DNA from: Trichormus sp. ATA11-4-KO1
Lineage (GTDB): Bacteria; Cyanobacteriota; Cyanobacteriia; Cyanobacteriales; Nostocaceae
Direction: 5' to 3'
Assembly: GCA_019358915.1 (NCBI GenBank)
Contig: JAHHIM010000001.1
Location: forward strand, 1-64,000
DNA length: 64,000 nt
Position 1 is the first letter of the stretch; each line of letters starts with the position of its first letter. The position numbers and the translations under genes are program-made. This document shows, piece by piece, positions 20,692 to 29,282 of this stretch. The notes beneath the pieces were generated by a model that was given only the letters and a program-made list of their open reading frames with translations, searched no databases and was not told where the DNA came from.

Positions 20692-21720
20692 TTAGATAAT
20701 TTGGACTTGCTGCATTAGTTGGAGTGTTGCCTCCAAATCATTGAGATTACTCAAGTCAATTTTTTTAGTTTGTTTTTGTACTTCTTGGAGTGATTTCAAT
20801 TTCCCTTTGGGAGCAATTCCCGAAGTTAAAGGATACTCATAAGTTTGATTAGCAAAATAGTTTTGAGCATTTTCACTCAGCATGAATTCGATAAATTTTT
20901 GAGCATTATTCGGATTTTTAGCACTATTAAGAACTGCTATACCTGCGACATTTACCAAGGAACCAATATCATCTGTAAAATGATGCTCCACGGGAACTTG
21001 AGGATTTTCTTGTTTGATGCGTTCTAGATAATAGTGATTAACAAATCCCACGGCTATCTCGCTGCGGGTGAGAGCTTCTACTATTGAAGTATTATTGGGA
21101 TAAATCTTGGCATTGTTAGCTTTAATACCTTCTAACCATTGCCTAGCTCTGTCTTCTCCCTCGGCAACTCGCAAGGCTGTAACAAAAGATTGAAACGAGC
21201 CATTTGTTGGTGCCCAACCCATTTTTCCTTGCCATTTGGAGTCAGTAAAATCAAAGATGGAAGATGGTAATTCCCCTGGCTGGACTAATTTTGTATTGTA
21301 ATCTACACTACGCACTCTACCAGTAATTCCTAGCCATTTTCCCTCCGGGGAACGATAAGCACTATCTACTTGATTCAGCAATGATGTTGGTAATTCTACT
21401 GCTCTCCCGGCTTTTTGAATAGCTCCGAGCGCACCAGCATCTTGGGCAAAAAATACATCTGCGGGGCTATTTGTCCCTTCTTCTAAAATAGCTGATGCTA
21501 ACTCAGCCGTATCACCATAGCGGACTTGAACTTTTGCATTAGTTTGTGCTTCAAACTGTTTAATTAGTTCGCCGATTAGTTTCTCGTTACGTCCTGAGTA
21601 AACAACTAACTCTTTTTCTAACTCTGTAGAAGCTTGATTAGGATTCGCATCACAAGCGATCGCTAATCCACCACTAGCAGTTGCTAGTCCCACTAAATAA
21701 ATAAATTGGCGACGCTTCAT
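20692..21720 (-). CDS. second Fe3+ binding protein, predicted Tat-exported lipoprotein
   Basis: MKRRQFI twin-arginine motif and LAIAC lipobox-like site; VYSGR, FFAQDAGAL and VNHYY motifs; GGAGG SD upstream of ATG 21720. Confidence 0.85.
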   Translation of the reverse strand: MKRRQFIYLVGLATASGGLAIACDANPNQASTELEKELVVYSGRNEKLIGELIKQFEAQTNAKVQVRYGDTAELASAILEEGTNSPADVFFAQDAGALGAIQKAGRAVELPTSLLNQVDSAYRSPEGKWLGITGRVRSVDYNTKLVQPGELPSSIFDFTDSKWQGKMGWAPTNGSFQSFVTALRVAEGEDRARQWLEGIKANNAKIYPNNTSIVEALTRSEIAVGFVNHYYLERIKQENPQVPVEHHFTDDIGSLVNVAGIAVLNSAKNPNNAQKFIEFMLSENAQNYFANQTYEYPLTSGIAPKGKLKSLQEVQKQTKKIDLSNLNDLEATLQLMQQVQII

Positions 21721-21750
21721 ACTTTCCTCCACTAGACACAAAACTATTGA

Positions 21751-21951
21751 TTGAAAAATCTATTTTTTCAATTAATTTTTTATCAGAATTGCCAATGGTA
21801 TGTGACAAATTGAGATCATAAGTGATGCATCTGTGCCACTTAAATTCCAAAAATTATGCAATCTGTTGTTTATAGCAATTTTTTAGCTCATGGTATTGAC
21901 AAACTAATTGAAATTAAGTTCCAATAGATACTTGAGAATAGTTTCTATTAA
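21751..21951. promoter_or_regulatory. Fur-box-like AT-rich palindromes in the divergent promoter region
   Basis: TTGAAAAATCTATTTTTTCAA (21751-21771), TTGAAATTAAGTTCCAA (~21908) and TTGAGAATAGTTTCTATTAA (21932-21951), upstream of an iron uptake operon. Confidence 0.5.
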
Positions 21952-22030
21952 ATCAAAAAGTTTGTCTAAAAGCAATGGCATTCAGATAGGAATTGTTCTC
22001 GTGTAATATTTTGGTGTGAGGGAGATCAAG

Positions 22031-22168
22031 ATGCCATCCAATCAGATATGTCTATAGCTTTTAGTTTCTGTGACGCTGACAGTGCCAGTATTCTTGGGAA
22101 AAACAGCAAATGCCACTGAAATCATAAAAGACACCAAGACACAAAGAATATTCAAGACTGGTTTGTAG
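22031..22168 (+). pseudogene. remnant 5' end of an exported protein gene (signal-peptide-like), internal TAG
   Basis: GTGTGAGGGAG ribosome-binding region, then ATG, reading MPSNQICL*LLVSVTLTVPVFLGKTANA|TEIIKDTK... Confidence 0.4.
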
Positions 22169-22211
22169 AGATAGGATCTACTAGAAGAGCATAATTTTTA
22201 GGAGTAGACCC

Positions 22212-22832
22212 CTGTCTCTGCAATTTATTACCGTTCCCCCCTCAACTCCTCAACCACCCGCAGGTTTAATCGTAGCTTTGCACGGTTGGGGAGCTAATGC
22301 TGAAGATGTAGCTTCTTTATTACCCTTTTTAAATTTACCTAATTACCAGTTTGTATTTCCTAATGCACCTTTTCCTTATCCTCATTCCGCTACAGGTAGG
22401 GCATGGTATGACCTGAGGATGGAAAATATTTATGAAGGATTAATCACCAGTCAGCAACTGCTCATAGATTTACTGCAATCTTTAGAAAGTAGTACTGGTG
22501 TGCCTTTGTCGCGCACTATTTTGAGTGGATTTTCTCAAGGTGGGGCGATGACTTTGGATGTAGGACTCAAATTGCCTCTAGCCGGTTTAGTTGTGATGAG
22601 CGGGTATTTGCATCCTGATGTAGTCACAACCGCTAAAAGTAGTCTGCCGCCGACATTAATCATGCATGGGAGATCCGATCAAGTTGTACCACTCCCAGCC
22701 GCCTTAAAAGCACGGGAATTTTTAGAGTCTTTGGGTATGGCAGTAAATTACCACGAATTTGATATGGGGCATGAAATTAGTCCACAAATGTTAGAGGTGC
22801 TACGAAATTTTGTTGTCAATGTAATTGGCTAG
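22212..22832 (+). CDS. phospholipase/carboxylesterase (alpha/beta hydrolase)
   Basis: LHGWGAN, GFSQGG nucleophile elbow, HGRSDQVV and MGHEI motifs; frame open back to CTG at 22212, which follows an AGGAG SD. Confidence 0.88.
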   Translation: MSLQFITVPPSTPQPPAGLIVALHGWGANAEDVASLLPFLNLPNYQFVFPNAPFPYPHSATGRAWYDLRMENIYEGLITSQQLLIDLLQSLESSTGVPLSRTILSGFSQGGAMTLDVGLKLPLAGLVVMSGYLHPDVVTTAKSSLPPTLIMHGRSDQVVPLPAALKAREFLESLGMAVNYHEFDMGHEISPQMLEVLRNFVVNVIG

Positions 22833-22986
22833 TGTGGGATACCAATTTTTTGCAAATTATGCTAAAAATCCTGAAAGTTTTTACGAAATCTATGCCCTCT
22901 AATGAGTAAGATATATTGGGTGGCTGCGTCAAGCGCAACTCAAACCATGCTGGGTGAGAATTCTGCATAAGGGAGGGGCAAGCATT

Positions 22987-23199
22987 ATGAAAACTTTAAG
23001 CATTTCCAAAAAAGAAATTGCTGCCATGACTAAGGCAGATGTGGAAGAGTTGGCTAATCGTCTGGAACTAGATAATTACAGCAATGCTTTTGAGGGTTTA
23101 AATGATTGGCATCTGCTACGCGCGATCGCGTTTCAGCGTCCTGAGTTAGTTGAACCCTATATCTATCTCTTGGATTTAGAAGCCTACGACGAAGCGTAA
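22987..23199 (+). CDS. DUF2555-family protein (IsiD-like)
   Basis: LANRLELDNYSNAFEGLNDWHLLRAIAFQRPELVEPY; GGAGG SD; located just upstream of coaBC. Confidence 0.75.
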   Translation: MKTLSISKKEIAAMTKADVEELANRLELDNYSNAFEGLNDWHLLRAIAFQRPELVEPYIYLLDLEAYDEA

Positions 23200-23269
23200 C
23201 AATTGGGAATTTGAGATTTGGGATTAGGGTTAACTGGCTAAAATCAGAGTTATTAATCTGCACTCGCTC

Positions 23270-24502
23270 ATGCCATCAGCATTTAATCCCAAATCCCTAA
23301 CTTCCAATCGCAAATTGAACAGGGTTCTCATTGGTGTAGGTGGCGGTATCGCCGCCTACAAAGTTTGTCAATTAGTTTCGACGCTATTTCAAACAGGGGT
23401 GGAAGTCCGAGTGATTCTCACCCGTTCGGCACAAGAATTTATCACGCCTTTAACTTTAGCAACTTTATCCCGTCATTGTGCATACACAGATGACAGTTTT
23501 TGGCAACCAACTCACTCGCGTCCGTTACATATTGAGTTAGGTGAATGGGCAGATTTGCTGGTAATTGCGCCCTTGACGGCGAATACATTAGCCAAGCTAA
23601 CTTATGGCATGGCAGACAATTTACTCACAAATACAGTGCTGGCTTCTACTTGTCCCGTGTTGTTAGCACCAGCCATGAATACGGATATGTGGGAACAATT
23701 GGCAGTGCAGCGCAATTGGCGACAACTATTAACTGATGGCAGATATCATGGACTGGGTACAGCATCAGGATTATTGGCGTGCGATCGCATCGGTGCTGGT
23801 AGAATGGCTGAACCCCCAGAAATTCTGACTTATATCCAATCACTATTGCACACTGGTGGCAAACGAGATTTAATTGGTAAACGCGTATTAATTAGTGCTG
23901 GGGGAACCAGAGAATATCTTGACCCAGTACGGTTTATTGGCAATCCCTCCACAGGTAAAATGGGGTTAGCTTTAGCACAAGCCGCGTTGCATCGCGGGGC
24001 AAATGTGACTTTAGTACACGGCCCAGCTACTTGGGATGTACCATTGGGAGTGCAAGCAATACCTGTAGTTAGTGCAGAGGAAATGCAACAGGCAATGCAG
24101 TCAAATTTAGCCAACGCTGATGTCATTATCATGTCGGCAGCAGTAGCAGATGTGAAACCCAGAGATTATAGTACCGAGAAATTACCCAAGCGATCGCTCC
24201 CCCCAACCTTACCTTTAGAACCTGTACCAGATATCATTGCCCAATTAGCAAATCTCAAACAACCCCACCAACGTTTAATCGGGTTCGCCGCCCAGACAGG
24301 AGATATTGTTACACCCGCTTTAGAAAAGTTGCAGAATAAGAACTTAGATATTATTGTTGCGAATCCCATCGACCAACCTGAAAGTGGTTTTGGCAGTGAC
24401 AATAATCAAGCCATATTTTTAGATAAACAAGGGCATCAAGTAGAAATTGCACCTTGCTCTAAATTGCAAATGGCTCATCAATTATTTGATTTTGTCATGT
24501 AG
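23270..24502 (+). CDS. coaBC: phosphopantothenoylcysteine decarboxylase/ligase
   Basis: [37 protein letters not shown] and AAVAD motifs. Confidence 0.96.
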   Translation: MPSAFNPKSLTSNRKLNRVLIGVGGGIAAYKVCQLVSTLFQTGVEVRVILTRSAQEFITPLTLATLSRHCAYTDDSFWQPTHSRPLHIELGEWADLLVIAPLTANTLAKLTYGMADNLLTNTVLASTCPVLLAPAMNTDMWEQLAVQRNWRQLLTDGRYHGLGTASGLLACDRIGAGRMAEPPEILTYIQSLLHTGGKRDLIGKRVLISAGGTREYLDPVRFIGNPSTGKMGLALAQAALHRGANVTLVHGPATWDVPLGVQAIPVVSAEEMQQAMQSNLANADVIIMSAAVADVKPRDYSTEKLPKRSLPPTLPLEPVPDIIAQLANLKQPHQRLIGFAAQTGDIVTPALEKLQNKNLDIIVANPIDQPESGFGSDNNQAIFLDKQGHQVEIAPCSKLQMAHQLFDFVM

Positions 24503-24668
24503 TGGCTAGGGATTAGAGATTACTTGTGTGTACACGGTAGCATCTTCCCAATACCCCCACCTTCCCACCTTAAACTTGGGCAGACTACAGACGGCGTTAT
24601 ACATTAATAAATATATCTGTAACACCTGACTAATTCGGGCTTGGTATTTCACAGCGAAGGGTTTGGAA

Positions 24669-26156
24669 ATGTTTACTTCGTCAGAGATTCCCATAATTGG
24701 GACAATTTTACTAGTAGCTTTGGGTATTTTAGGTTGGGGCTTTTATCGCGCCAGACCTTTTGGGAAACTGGGAATCTTAGCCTGGTTGCAGTCGGTGGTA
24801 TTGATGACTCCCTGGCTGCTGTTCTTTGGTTTATTTGCTGCTGGAATTTATATCAATATAGTTGGTATCTTGATTTTGGTAGTAGTTTCTGCTGGGTTGT
24901 ACGTCTATTTAGGCAGACAGCTACGCACAGCTGGGCAAGATGCCATACTCAAGCAACGGGCGACAGAAAGACTAGCTGCTGATGCTGCACAAACAGCAGA
25001 AAATACTCCGCAGGTAGTGCTTGAGGAACTCAAAATTGAAACACTGCCAATTCCCGAAGCAGACTTAACTGCAATTAAAGGCATTTTCGGCATTGACACG
25101 TTTTTTGCTACAGAAACTATCTCCTACCAAGAAGGAGCGATTTTCAAAGGTAATCTGCGGGGGGAACCAGAAGAAGTTCACAACCGCCTAACTGCCAGCT
25201 TGCAGGAACGCTTAGGGGATAAATATCGGCTATTTTTAGTGGAAAACACAGACATGAAGCCTGTGGTGATTGTCCTACCTAGCCGTAATGATCCACGTCC
25301 AATGTCGTTACCGCAAAAATCCTTTGCGGTGATTCTGCTAATTGCAACGATCGCCACTAGTCTAGAAACTGCCGGTTTACTGCTGAATTTTGATTTATTC
25401 GTTAATCCAGAACGTGTGACAGCCGCTTTGCCCATAGGTGCTGGTATTTTCGCGATTTTGGTAACTCATGAAATCGGTCATTGGTTACTCGCCCGTCGTC
25501 ACCAAGTCCGCCTTAGTTGGCCGTTCTTTTTACCTGCTGTACAAATTGGCTCTTTTGGTGCTATTACCCGCTTTGAGTCTTTATTACCTAATCGCAAGGT
25601 ACTATTTGATATTGCTTTGGCAGGGCCAGCTGCTGGCGGTATTCTTTCTTTACTAATGTTGATTACAGGCTTGGTACTTTCCCATCCAGGTAGTTTATTT
25701 CAATTGCCCAATCAGTTTTTCCAAGGCTCAATTTTAGTAGGCAGCTTAGCACGGGTTGTCCTGGGTTCGGCGTTACAATCACCTGTTGTCAGTGTCCATC
25801 CCCTGGTGGTAATTGGTTGGCTAGGGTTAGTCATCACCGCTTTAAACTTAATGCCAGCCGGACAATTAGATGGTGGTCGTATTGTCCAAGCCATTTATGG
25901 ACGCAAAACCGCAGGGAGGGCCACCATCGCCACTTTAATTCTACTTGGGCTAATTTCTCTTGGTAATGCTCTTGCTATTTACTGGGCGGTAGTAATTTTC
26001 TTTTTACAAAGAGATTTAGAACGCCCCAGTTTAAACGAAATCAGTGAACCAGATGATGCCAGAGCTGCCTTAGGTCTTTTGGCTTTATTCTTAATGATTA
26101 CTACCCTGCTGCCACTAACTCCCGGCGTAGCAGGAAGATTAGGAATCGGAGGTTAA
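24669..26156 (+). CDS. site-2 protease family (M50) membrane metalloprotease
   Basis: HEIGH zinc motif, ALAGP and NLMPAGQLDGG motifs. Confidence 0.92.
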   Translation: MFTSSEIPIIGTILLVALGILGWGFYRARPFGKLGILAWLQSVVLMTPWLLFFGLFAAGIYINIVGILILVVVSAGLYVYLGRQLRTAGQDAILKQRATERLAADAAQTAENTPQVVLEELKIETLPIPEADLTAIKGIFGIDTFFATETISYQEGAIFKGNLRGEPEEVHNRLTASLQERLGDKYRLFLVENTDMKPVVIVLPSRNDPRPMSLPQKSFAVILLIATIATSLETAGLLLNFDLFVNPERVTAALPIGAGIFAILVTHEIGHWLLARRHQVRLSWPFFLPAVQIGSFGAITRFESLLPNRKVLFDIALAGPAAGGILSLLMLITGLVLSHPGSLFQLPNQFFQGSILVGSLARVVLGSALQSPVVSVHPLVVIGWLGLVITALNLMPAGQLDGGRIVQAIYGRKTAGRATIATLILLGLISLGNALAIYWAVVIFFLQRDLERPSLNEISEPDDARAALGLLALFLMITTLLPLTPGVAGRLGIGG

Positions 26157-26160
26157 CTTT

Positions 26161-26224
26161 AAAATTAAAAATTAAAAATTAAAAATTGGATTCTTCATTT
26201 TTAATTTTTAATTTTTAATTAATT
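26161..26224. repeat. inverted heptamer tandem repeat (AAAATTA)n/(TAATTTT)n between convergent genes
   Basis: About four units on each arm form a hairpin; may act as a terminator. Confidence 0.7.
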
Positions 26225-27475
26225 CTACGGTTTCCAACCTGTGAGCAGATTCGGATAAGCCGTCGGTGTGGGAAACATTTTTTGGAAGCCAGTTTGGCGT
26301 TTTAGGGGTTGTTCTTGGCTAAGATTCCAGAGGGTTTCATAGAAAAAGAAGGAAACTCCGGCAAATTTGCGATCGCGCACTGTTTGCACTTGGGTTTTAA
26401 TCTGTTCTATGGGTACGGTTCTATTTTTCAACCCGGATAAAATACCGATACTTACGGGAATATGACTACGAGCGGCTTTGACTTCGGGATACTCTAGTTC
26501 TTGAGTAAATACTTTTAAGTCATCCCGATATATCTGCAATACCAAGTCTTCGACAATTCCCATGCGTTCCCATCTTTGCCAGTCAGCTAAATAATATTCG
26601 TAGGAGAAACGCTGGGGATTAGGCGCAACGGAAACAATGCAATCTTTTTTACTAGCTTTGATGGCTGCAAATGTCCGTTTCATGAAGTCGGTAATTTTAT
26701 TGGCTCTCCATCTTACCCATTCTGGATTTTTTGGGTCTTTGGAGGGAGCTTGACCACGATGTTCTTTTTTGTATAGTGCTACTGTGTAGGGATCGTAGCC
26801 CAATTCAGATGGTAAGCCGAAATGATCATCAAATTGAATCCCGTCAATATCGTAGTTTCGGACGATTTCAACTATTAAATCTTGGATAAATTTCTGGACT
26901 TCTGGATGAAATGGATTTAACCACACACGATTATGTATGCCTTCTTTGACAATTTTACTACCATCGCTGCGACTGGTAAGCCATTGGGGACGATTTTTAG
27001 CTAAGAGGGAATCGGCCGGAGCCATAAAGCCAAATTCAAACCAGGGGATCACTTTTAACCCCTTTTTGTGTCCCTCGGTCACGATTTCTTTGAGCATATC
27101 TCGTCCTTGCAGTCCAGGTTCGGGATCGAGCGATCGCCCAATCACTTTAGCTGCAACTCGGCTGGGATACAGTGTATATCCCCAATTCCACACCGCAGGA
27201 TAAACTGTATTGAAGTTTAATTCATCTAGGCTTTGTAAGGCATTCTTCAGGCGATCGCTCTCAAACAGTACATCACTATCAATATTTGTCAGCCAGACTC
27301 CTCTTAACTCAGATGCTAGCGATCGCGGAAGTCTAGTTTGAGCATTCAGGGGAAACGATAGCATGACTGTAGCTATTATGCTCAAGGCAACCATTACAGC
27401 AAACAATGCCTGCTTTTTATTTGGAAAAATTGTCCTCTGAAAAGACTCTACATACCACTTGACAACTTTTTTCAT
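26225..27475 (-). CDS. glycoside hydrolase family 10-like (DUF187/GHL10) secreted protein
   Basis: ELRGVWLTNIDS, IPWFEFG, WLNPFHPEVQ and YDIDGIQFDDHF motifs; signal-like N-terminus. Confidence 0.85.
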   Translation of the reverse strand: MKKVVKWYVESFQRTIFPNKKQALFAVMVALSIIATVMLSFPLNAQTRLPRSLASELRGVWLTNIDSDVLFESDRLKNALQSLDELNFNTVYPAVWNWGYTLYPSRVAAKVIGRSLDPEPGLQGRDMLKEIVTEGHKKGLKVIPWFEFGFMAPADSLLAKNRPQWLTSRSDGSKIVKEGIHNRVWLNPFHPEVQKFIQDLIVEIVRNYDIDGIQFDDHFGLPSELGYDPYTVALYKKEHRGQAPSKDPKNPEWVRWRANKITDFMKRTFAAIKASKKDCIVSVAPNPQRFSYEYYLADWQRWERMGIVEDLVLQIYRDDLKVFTQELEYPEVKAARSHIPVSIGILSGLKNRTVPIEQIKTQVQTVRDRKFAGVSFFFYETLWNLSQEQPLKRQTGFQKMFPTPTAYPNLLTGWKP

Positions 27476-27906
27476 AATTTGTTACAGGCAGAAAATCACA
27501 TGAATTATGACTAGTATATTGGGACAGAAGTTGCGTTTTTGCCACTTGTGCTAAGTTGTTATTATCACTACAAGAATCTTTATTATCGTTAAACCTCTGC
27601 GTTCCTTTGCGTTGAAAAATAAAATCATGGGAATGCTCTTGTTACCGTCACCCAGCTAATCGAGTTGAGTGAATGAGTTGACATGCGATCGCCTAACTTA
27701 GTTCAATATAAATTTATTGTAAAAATTAAGGAACAAACTATCAGTATACCAGCGTCTATTATTACATCTACATCAGAAGACAGACGCCTAATAAGTCCCA
27801 AACATTTCAGTTTTGGGATAGTTTAATATTTTGCCTTTAATTGCTAGATATTAGTTTTAAATCCTTTCCATACTGACTAAGCACTAATAAATATTGGTGT
27901 TTTATT

Positions 27907-28644
27907 ATGAAGATAATGCTGAGAAAATATTACACTACCAATCAAGCCCGAATTGTTACTGCTTTAATTTTGACTGGTATTCTATCTGTTGGTAGCGGGT
28001 TAACACCCATGAAAAGCGCCACAGCAAATTCTGCCAACTTCACTCCAGAAATAACCAATGAAGTTTTAGCAGGAAATCACAACTTAAAGCGCTTACCCCC
28101 TCCAGTAGCCAATGCGGTGCTGCGAGATTTAGCCCGCAGACAGAACATTTCCACCAGAGAACTGAAAATTATTGATTATCGTCAACAGACTTGGCGTAAT
28201 GGTTGCTTGGAACTCCCTCAACCCGATGAATTCTGCACCCAAGCATTAGTACCAGGTTGGCGAGTTGTCGTATCTAATAATAGACAAAACTGGATTTATC
28301 ATACTAATCGTAATGGGCGTTCTTTACGGTTAGCTTCAACAAATACTTCCACGAATCCCTCAGCAAATCTACCTCAATCTGTCAGAAATGCGGTTTTACA
28401 AGCAGCTTCTAAAAGTTTACAACAACCAATTTCTCGGTTAACTATTACTCAAGCTCAACAGCAGACTTGGAGAGATGGTTGTTTGGAATTGGGAAATATC
28501 AATGAATTATGTAGTGCTGCATTGGTACCAGGTTGGCGGATAGTTGTTAGCGCTGTTGATCAAACATTGGTTTATCACACCAATCAAACAGGCTCCGTAG
28601 TTAGGCTGAATGAAAAGGCTAGCCAAATCAGTTATAAAGACTAA
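27907..28644 (+). CDS. secreted hypothetical protein with two Cys-containing internal repeats
   Basis: Signal-like N-terminus; repeats LPxxVxNAVL...QQTWR[ND]GCLEL...C..ALVPGWR[VI]VVS...YHTN..G. Confidence 0.8.
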   Translation: MKIMLRKYYTTNQARIVTALILTGILSVGSGLTPMKSATANSANFTPEITNEVLAGNHNLKRLPPPVANAVLRDLARRQNISTRELKIIDYRQQTWRNGCLELPQPDEFCTQALVPGWRVVVSNNRQNWIYHTNRNGRSLRLASTNTSTNPSANLPQSVRNAVLQAASKSLQQPISRLTITQAQQQTWRDGCLELGNINELCSAALVPGWRIVVSAVDQTLVYHTNQTGSVVRLNEKASQISYKD

Positions 28645-28772
28645 GTAGGTAGGCACAAATAAAATCAACTATGTAAAGAAAAATGAATCAGCTTAAAACC
28701 CTCTTCCCTTCTGCCTCCTGCCTTCTGCCTTCTGCCTTATCCTAGCGATAAATTTTCCCACCCACCTACTTA
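28642..28772. repeat. MITE-like element enclosing a (CTGCCTT)n heptamer repeat
   Basis: Termini TAAGTAGGT... and ...ACCTACTTA are inverted repeats; internal tandem heptamers at ~28704-28738. Confidence 0.6.
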
Positions 28773-29070
28773 TATGTAGTCATGTTGCTATCAGTCAATG
28801 TATTTTCCAAGCAAATAACGGTAGCAACGAAGATTTTAATGCTTTAGTCAAATGCAATGCAGTTGCAGTTCCAACGCTTTTAATCTACACCGAATCGCAC
28901 AATCAAGGTCTACGTATTGTCGCGATCGCTCCTTTTTATCTAGATAAAAATTTATCAATTCAATGATATTACAAATTATGTTAAAAATAGTAAGGTGAAC
29001 CAAAAGTTGTCAATCACTTTCGGGAACTAGGTAAGGTTACACTTGCCACCTCCCCCAAGAGCGATCGCCC

Positions 29071-29226
29071 CTCGATGCTACTGATGGGAATATCACAAAG
29101 GTGCAGAAATTGAGCCGTCCTGCTGACCCGCGAACACTGATGATTTCTGATGACAACCGGAATAAAGACCTGTGGGAGATGTCGGAATTGTTAACGGGGA
29201 TGGGGAAATGTTACAGCAACTTGTAA
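29071..29226 (+). pseudogene. C-terminal fragment of a tyrosine recombinase/integrase
   Basis: Not in the ORF track; my translation LDATDGNITKVQKLSRPADPRTLMISDDNRNKDLWEMSELL resembles integrase box II (VQKLSRH...TLMIYDDNR) with H>P and Y>S. Confidence 0.7.
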
Positions 29227-29282
29227 AATTTATGCTCCCCGGCCCACTAATATTGAAATTAAGAGAGTAGTTAAAACCACCC

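Noticed and set aside
24641..24982. 113-aa alternative-frame ORF overlapping the site-2 protease start
   Set aside because: Same-strand overlap with a conserved gene and no motif.
28775..28960. Minus-strand TPR-like phrase (DLDCAIRCRLKALELQ) and a startless plus-strand open frame
   Set aside because: Short, interrupted by stops and of ambiguous strand; needs blastx before any call.
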